Assembly: GCA_014534235.1 (NCBI GenBank) | Contig: JACVRW010000004.1 | Location: 2,137-66,136 of the forward strand | Direction: 5' to 3' | Source of the DNA: Thermoleophilaceae bacterium | GTDB taxonomy: Bacteria; Actinomycetota; Thermoleophilia; Solirubrobacterales; Thermoleophilaceae | DNA: 64,000 bases | Part shown: one piece after another, positions 25,932 through 35,065 of the stretch | Layout: each line of letters begins with the position of its first letter | Numbering within the stretch: position 1 is the stretch's first letter | The notes under the pieces: generated by a model | Database searches by the model: none | The model's input: the letters and a program-made list of their open reading frames with translations, nothing else | What the model was told of the DNA's origin: nothing | Translations under genes and position numbers: made by a program

Positions 25932-27159
25932 CGAGGCCAGCCGCTCGCCATTCGGCATGCTCGCGCCACAGCGCCACGGCGCTTGCGGCGCAGACCAATA
26001 GTCCCCCGACTCCTGCCGCGACGATCAGCTCGCGCGGAGAGACGATCGTGAGCAGCGCTCCGGCGGCGAAGAATGCGAGCCCGAACGCCCAGGAGGCCAA
26101 GGCGTCCTTGACACCGAAGGCCCTGCCCAGGACGGCGTCCGGTACACCGTCTTGCACGATCAGCCGCTCGTGCACCAGCAAGAGCCCGTTCCCAAAGCCC
26201 GCCAGCGTGAAGGTCAACAGACCGGCCAGGGTCGATGGCGCCAGGCCCGAGAGCAAGCAGCCGAGCCCCATAAGCACCGAGCCCTGGAGGAACCGCTTGT
26301 GCAGCAGTTCCCGAGGCCCTCCGGCCGAGCCGGCGAGCGAGCCAAGTATGAACCCCAGGCCGAACACGGCGACGAGGACCGAATAGCCAGCGTCGCTCGT
26401 GTCGAACTCGTTCCTCGCGAGCGGAAGCTCACCGACGTTGAAGACGCCGCCGAAGAAGAGCGCCGCGGTTGACCCGGCTATTACGACTCGGACCACGCGC
26501 ATGCCGGCTACGACGCTCACGCCGGCGCGCGCGTCGCGAAGGAGCGAGGACACCACTTTCTCACGCGGTCTCCCGACTCGAGCCGCGCGCGCGCCGAACC
26601 GGAGCCGTGCCAGAAGGAGGGCGGATGCCGCGAAGGTCAGACCATTTACGAGCAGGATGTCCTCGGGTCCGGCCAGCATCAGGCAGGCGGCGGCAATGCC
26701 CGGGCCGGCGGTGAAGCCTAGGTCGGTGATCGCGCCGTACAACGAGGTCGCAGCGGGCACACGATCCTGTCGAACCAGGCTCGGGAGTCCCGCCAGGGTG
26801 GCAGGCGTAAACAGCGCGGTGCCTGCGCCGGCGAGCACCGCAAAGCCGATCGTCGTCGGAAAGCTGTCGACGACCGCGATTCCGATGAAAGCACCCGCCC
26901 GGATGACGTCCGCCCCGACGGCGCACCACTTCCGCGACCAGCGGTCGGCAACCGCCCCGAAGACCGGCCCTAGCAGCATGGCCGGGAGCAGATCGGCCGC
27001 CAGCACGAGGCTGAGCGCCCATGGCGACTCGAACCGGTCGTACGCAACCAGGAGCAGCGCAACGTAGGCCGCTCCTGTGCCGACTGCAGACTGGGTCAGG
27101 GCAAGAAAGAACAGCCGACCCCGGCGCTCGGTGCGCAGCAGGCGAACTACGTCGCTCAC
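25891..27159 (-). CDS. MFS transporter
   Basis: 422 aa, about 12 TM helices, ADRWSRKW motif in loop 2-3. GTG start. Confidence 0.85.
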   Translation of the reverse strand: MSDVVRLLRTERRGRLFFLALTQSAVGTGAAYVALLLVAYDRFESPWALSLVLAADLLPAMLLGPVFGAVADRWSRKWCAVGADVIRAGAFIGIAVVDSFPTTIGFAVLAGAGTALFTPATLAGLPSLVRQDRVPAATSLYGAITDLGFTAGPGIAAACLMLAGPEDILLVNGLTFAASALLLARLRFGARAARVGRPREKVVSSLLRDARAGVSVVAGMRVVRVVIAGSTAALFFGGVFNVGELPLARNEFDTSDAGYSVLVAVFGLGFILGSLAGSAGGPRELLHKRFLQGSVLMGLGCLLSGLAPSTLAGLLTFTLAGFGNGLLLVHERLIVQDGVPDAVLGRAFGVKDALASWAFGLAFFAAGALLTIVSPRELIVAAGVGGLLVCAASAVALWREHAEWRAAGLATSPRSRPARSEN

Positions 27160-27549
27160 GCGGCGACTCTAATCCGCAATGGCCGAAGCGACCACTTGAG
27201 GCTTAGTGCGAACCGCCGAAACGCGGTCTCGAGCTACTTGCGGTAGGGCATGAGTCCTCCCAAAACGTCCACCGGGCCCACGGCGGGCCCAGTTCGAGTG
27301 TGCACAGGCTAACCGGCGAGAATCATGCGGAGCGCGATTCGGGCGCCAGTATTTGAGCCACGGCGCGCTTTGTCGCAAGTTCCCAGCGCGAAGGTTGCGC
27401 AATTTGCCGCCGGGCACGGTTCGCAGCTGCCGCAATTCTCCGCGAGTGCCGCAGTACTTGCTCGGAGAGGCCACAGGATCTCTGGTTCTGTGACGCCAGA
27501 GTTCCCCGAGTTGCGTAGTCCCGCTCCCCCCGGCGGTGGGCGCGCCGTG

Positions 27550-27582
27550 TCATCTGAGGGTCGTATGGCGACCCCTCGATGA
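27550..27582 (-). terminator. Strong hairpin downstream of the ABC-transporter operon (terminator-like, no U tract)
   Basis: TCATC-T-GAGGGTCG / loop TATGG / CGACC(C)CTC-GATGA, giving ~13 bp of stem. It lies 65 nt past the stop of the last ATPase gene. Confidence 0.3.
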
Positions 27583-27646
27583 CCCGGTGACGCGCACTCG
27601 CCGGCCGTGCGCGATCCGGCCGAGCCGCCCTTACTCAGCTGAGCGT

Positions 27647-28819
27647 TTACGACGTGCCGAGGGAGCCCTCAGCCGCCGCCCCGTCAGGCAGCACGTCCCC
27701 GGCGGAGAGCGGGCTCGACGGGTCCCTCGTGGTGGCCACAGTCTCCTCGCGCGAGACGTTCAGCGGGTGATGGCACGCCGCCAGGTGGCCGCCCCGGTAG
27801 CGGGCGAGGGGCGGCTCGACCTCCCGGCAGAGCTCCGTGGCCCGCGGGCAACGGGGATGGAATACACAGCCGGACGGCGGGTCGACCGGGTTTGGGGGCT
27901 CGCCGCCGACGACCGCGACGCCACCTCGCGGCGTCCCACCGCCCCCGGCCGCGACGCGCCCGCGTCGGCGATTCGCCTCGGGGTCGGGAATCGGGATCGC
28001 CGTTAGCAGCGCCGAGGTGTAGGGGTGGATCGGCTTCGAGTAGAGCTCCTGAGCCGGCGACACCTCCATGAGCTTGCCCAGGTACATGACCGCGATGCGG
28101 TCCGAGATGTGGCGGACGACGGAGAGGTCGTGGGCGACGAACAGGTACGTCAGGCCCATGTCGTCCTGGAGGTCGTCGAGCAGGTTGATGATCTGCGCCT
28201 GCACCGAGACGTCGAGCGCCGAGACCGGCTCGTCGAGCACGATCAGGCTGGGCTCGAGCGCGAGTGCGCGCGCCACGCCGATGCGCTGGCGCTGGCCGCC
28301 GGAGAACTCGTGCGGATAGCGGTTTGCGTGCTCGGGATGGAGGCCCACGCGCCGGAGCAGCTCGCGCACCCGGTCGGGAGCCTCGTCGCGCGGCGCTCCA
28401 TGAAGCCGGAGCGGCATCCGGATTATCTGGCCCACCCGCTTGCGCGGGTTGAGCGAGGCGAACGGATCCTGGAACACCATCTGCATCTCGCGGCGCATCG
28501 GCTCGAGCCGCCTGCGCCCCGCCTCGGTGATGTCCTCGCCGCGGAACCGGATCGAGCCCTTGGTCGGGTCGACGAGGCGCATGATCGCCCTCGAAAGGGT
28601 GGTCTTCCCGCAGCCGGACTCGCCCACCAGCCCTAGCGTCTCGCCCTGCTCGATCCCGAGCGTCACGTCGTTCACGGCGTGCACGCGGCCGACCTCACGC
28701 TCGACGAGGAACCCCTGCCTGATGGGGAAGAACACCTTCAGGTGACGGACCTCAACGAGGGGTTTTGAGGCGCCGGTCCGGCGGATGTCGCCCGGCCCGG
28801 GCTCGGCCTTCACGCTCAC
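27647..28819 (-). CDS. Peptide/nickel ABC transporter ATP-binding protein (OppF/DppF-like)
   Basis: Last 390 aa of ORF 27647..29731, from GTG 28819 (GTGA overlap). Walker A GESGCGKTT, signature FSGGQRQR, Walker B LIVLDEP and an oligopeptide C-terminal domain. Confidence 0.9.
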   Translation of the reverse strand: MSVKAEPGPGDIRRTGASKPLVEVRHLKVFFPIRQGFLVEREVGRVHAVNDVTLGIEQGETLGLVGESGCGKTTLSRAIMRLVDPTKGSIRFRGEDITEAGRRRLEPMRREMQMVFQDPFASLNPRKRVGQIIRMPLRLHGAPRDEAPDRVRELLRRVGLHPEHANRYPHEFSGGQRQRIGVARALALEPSLIVLDEPVSALDVSVQAQIINLLDDLQDDMGLTYLFVAHDLSVVRHISDRIAVMYLGKLMEVSPAQELYSKPIHPYTSALLTAIPIPDPEANRRRGRVAAGGGGTPRGGVAVVGGEPPNPVDPPSGCVFHPRCPRATELCREVEPPLARYRGGHLAACHHPLNVSREETVATTRDPSSPLSAGDVLPDGAAAEGSLGTS

Positions 28820-29868
28820 GCCGCGGCGGCCCCCGGCTTGCGCCCGAGGCCGATCTCCCCCGGACGTACCTCGCGGCGCTCCCGCTTCTCCTCTACGGGC
28901 AGCCAGCAGCGGTCCAGGTGGTCGTCGTCGCCGTCGATGCGCGCAACCAGCGGCGGCACGTCGCGGCAGCGGTCGAACTCGTGCGGGCACCGCGGCCGGA
29001 AGTGACAGCCCTCGGGACGGTCGGCCAGCGAGGGCGGCAGACCGGCGATGGCCGGCAGCCGTTCGGGCCGCGCCCGGTCCACGCGGGTGATCGAGCCGAG
29101 CAGCCCCCAGGTGTACGGGTGCTGGGGGTCGTAGAAGATCGCGTTCACGGTTCCCTGCTCCACGATCCGCCCGGCGTACATCACGGCGATCCGATCGGCG
29201 ATCTCCGCGACGACGCCGAGGTCGTGCGTGACGAGGATCACCGCGGCGCCGGTCTCGTCGCGAAGGCTTTGGATCTGGTGGAGGATCTGCGCCTGGATCG
29301 TTACGTCGAGCGCTGTCGTCGGCTCGTCGGCGATCAGGACGCTCGGCCCGCACGAGAGGGCGAGCGCGATCATCACCCGCTGGCGCATGCCGCCGGAGAG
29401 CTCGAAGGGGTAGGCGTCCACCCTGTCCCGGGCGCGCGGGATGCCCACCCGGTCGAGCAGCTGGGCGACCCGCTCGCGGGCCTCCGTGGCCGGGACGCCC
29501 TCGTGCGCCTGGATCTGCTCGATGATCTGCTCCCCGACGCGCATGACCGGGTTCAGGGAGCTCATCGGATCCTGGAAGATCATCGCGATCTCGGCGCCCC
29601 GGATTCGCCGGAGCTCCTCCTCGCCGGCGTCGATGAGCTCGAGGCCCTTGTAGTGGGCGGTGCCCTCGAAGCGGGCGTTCGGGAACCGCGTCAGGCCCAT
29701 CAGTGTCATGGCCATCACCGACTTCCCGCACCCCGACTCCCCCACCACCGCAAGCACCTCGCCGGGCAGCAGGTCGAAGGTCACTCCGTCCACCGCCCGG
29801 ACGACGCCCTCCTCCGCCGTGAACGAGACGCCGAGGTCGCGCACCGTGAGGAGGGGTCCGGAGCTCAC
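28816..29868 (-). CDS. Peptide/nickel ABC transporter ATP-binding protein (OppD/DppD-like)
   Basis: Last 350 aa of ORF 28816..31419, from GTG 29868 (GTGA overlap). Motifs [28 protein letters not shown]. Confidence 0.9.
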   Translation of the reverse strand: MSSGPLLTVRDLGVSFTAEEGVVRAVDGVTFDLLPGEVLAVVGESGCGKSVMAMTLMGLTRFPNARFEGTAHYKGLELIDAGEEELRRIRGAEIAMIFQDPMSSLNPVMRVGEQIIEQIQAHEGVPATEARERVAQLLDRVGIPRARDRVDAYPFELSGGMRQRVMIALALSCGPSVLIADEPTTALDVTIQAQILHQIQSLRDETGAAVILVTHDLGVVAEIADRIAVMYAGRIVEQGTVNAIFYDPQHPYTWGLLGSITRVDRARPERLPAIAGLPPSLADRPEGCHFRPRCPHEFDRCRDVPPLVARIDGDDDHLDRCWLPVEEKRERREVRPGEIGLGRKPGAAAA

Positions 29869-30812
29869 GTCAGCCGGATCCGCGGGTCGAGGACGGCGTA
29901 GACGATGTCCACCACTGTGTTGAGCAGGACGATGAAGAAGGCGCCGAACATGGTCACCGCAAGCACGGGTGGGACGTCGAGCTGATCGACCGACTCGGCC
30001 ACGTACTGGCCGACGCCCTGCAGGTCGAACACGGCCTCCGTCAGGATCGCGCCGCCACCTAGGACCGCGCCGAAGTCGAGACCCCACAGCGTCACGATCG
30101 GGATCATCGAGTTGCGCAGCACGTGCCTCACGAGCACGCGCCGCTCCGAGAGCCCCTTGGCGCGCGCGGTGCGGACATAGTCCTCGCTCAACGTGTCGAG
30201 GACGTTGGAGCGCAGGACCCGCGAGTAGACGCCGATGAACAGCAGGGAGAGCGCGGTCCACGGCAGGATCAGGTGGTAGAGCCATTCGAGCGGGTCTTCG
30301 CCGAGCGGCACGTAGTCGCCGTTCGGAAAGATCCCGGCCTTGAAGCCCAGGTAGTAGTTCATCAGGGCCCCGACCCAGAAAACCGGCATCGAGATTCCCA
30401 CGAGGGCCAGGATCGTGAGCAACCGGTCCGAGAGGCGGCCGGCCCGGATCGCGGTGTACAGGCCGAGCGCGGTCGCGAACGCCATCCACATGATCGCCGC
30501 GCCGATCGCAAGCGAGAAGGTCCTCCCGAGGCGCTTGCCGATCTCCGCCACGACGTTCTGTTGCGTCGAGTAGGAGACGAGCTCGCCCGAGAAGAGCTGT
30601 CCCATGGTCTTCAGGTACTGGACATAGACCGGCTCGTCGAACCCCCAGTCCTCGCGGATGCGCTCGAGCTGGGCCGGGTCCGGCTGGCGGCCGGCCATCC
30701 GCAGCGCGGGATCGCCGCCCGGGATGACATTGAAGATCAGGAACGTGAGGACGGAGACCGCGAACAGCACGACCAGCATCGAGAGGAGCCGCCTGACGAC
30801 GAACCGGGCCAC
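29865..30812 (-). CDS. ABC transporter permease (DppB/OppB-like)
   Basis: 315 aa. MARFVVRRLLSMLVVLFAVSVLTFLIFNVIPGGDP.. and an EAA-type loop (DYVRTARAKGLSE). Confidence 0.9.
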   Translation of the reverse strand: MARFVVRRLLSMLVVLFAVSVLTFLIFNVIPGGDPALRMAGRQPDPAQLERIREDWGFDEPVYVQYLKTMGQLFSGELVSYSTQQNVVAEIGKRLGRTFSLAIGAAIMWMAFATALGLYTAIRAGRLSDRLLTILALVGISMPVFWVGALMNYYLGFKAGIFPNGDYVPLGEDPLEWLYHLILPWTALSLLFIGVYSRVLRSNVLDTLSEDYVRTARAKGLSERRVLVRHVLRNSMIPIVTLWGLDFGAVLGGGAILTEAVFDLQGVGQYVAESVDQLDVPPVLAVTMFGAFFIVLLNTVVDIVYAVLDPRIRLT

Positions 30813-30815
30813 TGA

Positions 30816-31871
30816 TCAGTGCTCCAGGTGGATTCGGGCGCGCGGGTCGAACGCGTCGCGGACGCCGTCGCCGAACACGTTGAGGGCGAGCACCGTCGCC
30901 ACGAGCATGATGCCGGGGACGATCGCCAGGTGCGGGCCGGTCAGGATGTGCTTGACCCCGTCGCCGATCATGTTCCCCCACGACGGCTCGGGCGCTCTCA
31001 CCCCCACGCCGAGGAAGCCGAGCGCCGCCTCGAGCAGGATCGCGTTCGCGACCATCAGGGGGAAGAAGACGACGATCGTCGACGACAGGTTCGGGAGGAT
31101 CTCGGTGAGCATGATCCGAACGGGGCCCGCCCCCTGGGCGCGGGCGGCCTCCACGAAGTCCCGCTCGCGCAGGGCGAGGACCTGCCCCCGAAGCGGCCGC
31201 GCCATGTAGGGCACGTAGACCACGGCGATGATCAGGATCGGGATCAGCTTCGACTCGCCGCTGATCTCGATCGGGCCGATTTGGAGCCCCTGCAGGCTGA
31301 GCGCCGTGCCGAGCGCGATCGCGAGGAGGGCGACCGGGTACGCCCAGATCACGTCGAGCGAGCGGGATATCACCGCGTCGGTGAAGCCGCGGGCGTACCC
31401 CGCTAGCAGGCCGGCCCACACCGCGAGGACCGTGGTGATCAGCGCGGCCAGCACCCCGATCTCGAGCGAGTTGCGTCCGCCGTATAGCAACCGCACGGCG
31501 GTGTCGCGGCCGTTCGTGTCGGCGCCCAGGAAGAACTCCCCCTGCCAGGTGGGTCCGATCGGGACGCCGTCGAGCGACACGACGTCCTTGCGCTCGCCGT
31601 CCACGACGACCGTGTCGGTCAGGTGGTTCTTCAGCGGACCCGTGTGGGCGACGTCGGTCGCCCAGGTCGGAGCTGCGAGGCAGATCACCACCAGCACGAG
31701 GAAGACCATCCCGAAGCCCATCGCGATGCGGTCACGGCGCAGCCGGCGAGCGGCGAGGCGCCACGGCCCGACGCCGGCCACGTGCTCGCGCTCGGCGGTC
31801 TCCTCGAGGGCGTCGGAGCGGACGGCGGTCTCTACTCCTTCAGGCAGAACAGAATCCAGTCGTTCTTCCAC
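30816..31871 (-). CDS. ABC transporter permease (DppC/OppC-like)
   Basis: 351 aa, with an N-terminal extension and an EAA loop (DFVEAARAQGAGP). The GTG start overlaps the 3' end of the binding-protein gene by 40 nt, so the start is uncertain. Confidence 0.88.
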   Translation of the reverse strand: MEERLDSVLPEGVETAVRSDALEETAEREHVAGVGPWRLAARRLRRDRIAMGFGMVFLVLVVICLAAPTWATDVAHTGPLKNHLTDTVVVDGERKDVVSLDGVPIGPTWQGEFFLGADTNGRDTAVRLLYGGRNSLEIGVLAALITTVLAVWAGLLAGYARGFTDAVISRSLDVIWAYPVALLAIALGTALSLQGLQIGPIEISGESKLIPILIIAVVYVPYMARPLRGQVLALRERDFVEAARAQGAGPVRIMLTEILPNLSSTIVVFFPLMVANAILLEAALGFLGVGVRAPEPSWGNMIGDGVKHILTGPHLAIVPGIMLVATVLALNVFGDGVRDAFDPRARIHLEH

Positions 31872-33523
31872 ACCGGGTGCACCCCGGAGCAGTTCTCGAA
31901 GTCCATCCGCTCGGAGAAGAACGTTGACGTCTTCTCGTTGCCGTACGGGGCCACGTACGCCTTCTCGTTGACGACGTAGTCATCGAGCTCGGCCCACTCA
32001 CCCGCCGCCCGCTCCGGGTCCTCGCCGCGCAGCGCGTCGAGCGCCTCCTCGATGTGTGGGTCGTTGACGAAGCCGTTGTTCAGGGTCGGCTCCGCCTTCA
32101 GGGCATCCGCGCCGAGGAGCGGCTCGAAGAAGTCGCCCGGGTGCGGGAAGTCCTGGAGCCAGCTCGTGAACCCGGTCTGAGCCTTCGTCCGCCGCAGGCC
32201 GGTCAGCTCGAAGAACAGCTGCTGGTCGAGCGCCTTCATCCGCGCCTCGAAGCCGATCTGCGCGAGCACGTCACGGTAGTAGTCGCCGATCGCCTCCCAC
32301 GGGTCGCCGGAGCTGGTCCAGACGGTCACCTCCTCGCCCTCGTAGCCGGAGCGCTCGACCAGCTCCCTCGCCTTCTCCAGGTCCGCTCCGCCGTTCGGGT
32401 CGCCGTACTTGCAGTCGAGCTCCTCGTAGCCGACGACCCCGGGCGGGAGGAAGTTGCAGCTCGGCTGGAGCCGGCCTCCGAACACCCGCACCAGGGCGCG
32501 GCTGTCGAGCGCGTAGTTGACCGCCTCCCGCGCTAGCTGGCTGTCGAACGGCGGGATCGTCACGTTGAGGAAGAAGTAGTAGGTGTTGGGCGGATTCGGG
32601 TCCTCGCGGAACCGGTCCTGATACCGCTGCCGGACCAGCGGGAGGAGGTCTCCCGCCGGGTCCTCCGTCATGAAGTCGAGCTCGCCCTTGATCACGTCCT
32701 GGGTCATGCGCGGGATGCTGTCCATCACGACGCCCGTGATCTTGTCCAGGTTGCCCTTGGGAATCCCGGGGACGTCGAAGTGCCGGTTGCGGGTCAGGAC
32801 GAATTCGCGGTTCGGGTCCACGACCTCGATCTTGTAGGGGCCGACGCCGGGCGGCGGTTCCTTGTTGAGGCTCCGGGGCGGGGACTTGGCGGCGGGTGTG
32901 GGCGCCGTGTACGGCTCGGCGAGGGCGAACTCGAGCTTCGTGTCGGGCTCCGTAAGCGTGATCCTGATCTCGCCCGTCCGGTTGTTCGTCTCGATGCCCG
33001 GTATGTCCGCGCCGAAGTCGCCGTTCTCCTGGAACTCCGCCGCGCCGACGATGCCGGTCAGGAAGGAGGAGTAGGGACCGGCGAGCTTCAGCAGGCGCTT
33101 GATGGTGTTCTCGAAATCGCTCGCCCTTACGGGGGAGCCGTCGGAGTACTTCAGTCCGTCACGCAACCGGAACTCATAGCTCTTCCCGCCGTCCGTCGGC
33201 TCGGGCACCTTCTCGGCCAGGCCGGGGACCACGTGCGCGCCGGCAGCGCCCTCGACGTGCCTGAAGGTCAAGAGCCCCGTGTAGACGGGCTGAAGCGCCT
33301 GCGCGGCCGGGATGGTCTGGTAGAGGACCGGGTCGTACTCGTCCGGGCCGACGGTGCCGATCCTGATCGACCCGCCCGGCCTGCTCCCCTGCAGCGCGTC
33401 GCGCCCTCCCCCGTCGTCCTCTCCGCACGCGGAGAGCGCGAGCAAGCCGAGCGCGGCGAGGGCCAGCACGCGCCTAATGGTCACCTCGCGGAATCTACCC
33501 CGTGGCTCGCTCAGCGAAGGCAC
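31832..33523 (-). CDS. Family-5 (peptide/nickel) ABC substrate-binding lipoprotein, copy 1
   Basis: 563 aa. Lipobox LLALSAC (an alternative GTG start at 33484 gives a cleaner signal peptide). Strongly similar to copy 3. Confidence 0.9.
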   Translation of the reverse strand: MPSLSEPRGRFREVTIRRVLALAALGLLALSACGEDDGGGRDALQGSRPGGSIRIGTVGPDEYDPVLYQTIPAAQALQPVYTGLLTFRHVEGAAGAHVVPGLAEKVPEPTDGGKSYEFRLRDGLKYSDGSPVRASDFENTIKRLLKLAGPYSSFLTGIVGAAEFQENGDFGADIPGIETNNRTGEIRITLTEPDTKLEFALAEPYTAPTPAAKSPPRSLNKEPPPGVGPYKIEVVDPNREFVLTRNRHFDVPGIPKGNLDKITGVVMDSIPRMTQDVIKGELDFMTEDPAGDLLPLVRQRYQDRFREDPNPPNTYYFFLNVTIPPFDSQLAREAVNYALDSRALVRVFGGRLQPSCNFLPPGVVGYEELDCKYGDPNGGADLEKARELVERSGYEGEEVTVWTSSGDPWEAIGDYYRDVLAQIGFEARMKALDQQLFFELTGLRRTKAQTGFTSWLQDFPHPGDFFEPLLGADALKAEPTLNNGFVNDPHIEEALDALRGEDPERAAGEWAELDDYVVNEKAYVAPYGNEKTSTFFSERMDFENCSGVHPVWKNDWILFCLKE

Positions 33524-35025
33524 AGGCTGGAGAGGTCGATGCCGTACACCGGGTGGACGCGAGCGCAGTTGTCCGCGTCGATCCGCGCGGACAGGAACAG
33601 CGTCCTCAAGACGCCGCCGTAGGGGATCACGATCGCCGAGTCCACGAGCTCGCGGTCGAGCCGCTCGGCAAGGTCCGCTGCCTCGTCCTGGTCCTCGGCG
33701 CTGGCGAGCTCGTCCGCCACGAGGAGCGGCTCCGGGTCCACGTAGAGCGGAACCCGCCGAGCGAGGGGACGCAGGAAGCTCGCCGGATCAGGCAGGGCCG
33801 AGCGGGCCATCGACAGCGTCACGTCGGCACCCCCTCCGTCGACGAGCGCGGGGCGCAACCCGATCTGCCTGAGCGTCTCGACATACAGCCTCGCGATCGG
33901 GCGGTCCTCCCGCGCGGCGGCCACGGTGACAAGCGTCCCCTCCGCAGCGGCCTCCTCAACGAGCTCCTGGGCGCGCAGAAGGTCGGGATGCTCCTCCGGA
34001 TCGCCCCAGGGACAGGCGTCGGGCTCCGCGTAGCCGGGCAGCGCCGGGGGAAGGAGGCTGCACGTCGGACGGGCCAGGCCCTCGAGCCGGCGCGTGGCCT
34101 CGGGCTTGTCAATCGCATAGGCGAGCGCGTCACGGAGCTCCGCGGTCTCGAACGGCTCCCCGGCCGCCCGCACTGCCAGGTAGCGGGTGGCCATCGCCGG
34201 GTACTCGCGGTATCGGTCCTCGAAGTCCGAGCGCAGCTCGGGGAGCAGCGCGGCCGGGGGCCGATCGGTCATCACGTCGAGGCGGCCGGCCATCACGGCC
34301 TTCACCTGCTCGGCGGCGCCGCTCCCTGCGCTTAGCCTGAACACGTCGATCAGCCCCCCGGGCACGCCGGGCAGCCGGAGGTCCCGGTTTCGAGCCAGGT
34401 CGAGGCCGCGACCCGCCCGCGAGCTGATGATCCGGTACGGGCCGACGCCCGGCGGGGGCCGGCCGCTCTGGTCGCGCATCGGCGTGCCGGCGGGCACGAC
34501 CCCGGCCTGCACCGCTGCAAGGGCGTGCGGAAAGGCGGGGTCGGGTCGGCGAAGGCGGACGCGCACGGCTCCTGTCCGGTCGTCCGCCGCGATGCTCGAG
34601 ATGCCCGCAAACAGGCGGCGGCCGATGTCCCCGAGGGCCGATGCGCGTAGGAGCGAGTGCCTGACGTCCCGGGCGCGGACCGGGCGCCCGTTCGAGTAGC
34701 GAAGCCCGCGCCGCACCCGGAACGAGTACGTCCTGCCGTCGCCCGAGACCTTGGGGAGCGCCCTTGCTACACCCGGGATGAGCTCCGTCCCGTCCTCGCC
34801 CTCCGCCCGCCTATAGGTCAGCGGCGGCGTGTAGACGAGCCAGAGCGCCGCGCGCGTCGCAGGATCGGCCGCAAGCGCCGGGTCGCGCGCGGTCGGCAAC
34901 CCGCCGAGCGCCACGAACGCCGCCCCGCCCTCACGGGCGCTGCCGCGGACGTCGTCCTCCCCGAGGCACCCCGCCAGCGCCGCGGCCGCCAGAATCGCCG
35001 CGACTGCGGCGGCGCCTTGGATCAT
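33511..35025 (-). CDS. Family-5 ABC substrate-binding lipoprotein, divergent copy 2
   Basis: Last 504 aa of ORF 33511..35274, from ATG 35025 (MIQGAAAVAAILAAAALAGC..). Same fold landmarks as copies 1 and 3 (TYSFRVRRGLRYSNGRPVRARDV.. / ..DNCARVHPVYGIDLSSLCLR). Confidence 0.8.
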   Translation of the reverse strand: MIQGAAAVAAILAAAALAGCLGEDDVRGSAREGGAAFVALGGLPTARDPALAADPATRAALWLVYTPPLTYRRAEGEDGTELIPGVARALPKVSGDGRTYSFRVRRGLRYSNGRPVRARDVRHSLLRASALGDIGRRLFAGISSIAADDRTGAVRVRLRRPDPAFPHALAAVQAGVVPAGTPMRDQSGRPPPGVGPYRIISSRAGRGLDLARNRDLRLPGVPGGLIDVFRLSAGSGAAEQVKAVMAGRLDVMTDRPPAALLPELRSDFEDRYREYPAMATRYLAVRAAGEPFETAELRDALAYAIDKPEATRRLEGLARPTCSLLPPALPGYAEPDACPWGDPEEHPDLLRAQELVEEAAAEGTLVTVAAAREDRPIARLYVETLRQIGLRPALVDGGGADVTLSMARSALPDPASFLRPLARRVPLYVDPEPLLVADELASAEDQDEAADLAERLDRELVDSAIVIPYGGVLRTLFLSARIDADNCARVHPVYGIDLSSLCLR

Positions 35026-35065
35026 CGGCCGGGCGCGTGCCGGGGCGCCCGTCCTGGCCCTGCGA

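Noticed and set aside
27169-27582. Small ORFs (101, 76 and 85 aa) inside the long spacer
   Set aside because: Third-position GC is only ~60% by my count for the 85-aa ORF, clearly below the real genes here. No SD sequence and no recognisable fold, so I treated the region as noncoding.
28816-31419. 867-aa and 694-aa (27647..29731) long ORFs over the ABC operon
   Set aside because: Only the C-terminal ATPase portions are real, and these begin at GTG codons overlapping the preceding stops. The N-terminal extensions run out of frame over the permease and ATPase genes.
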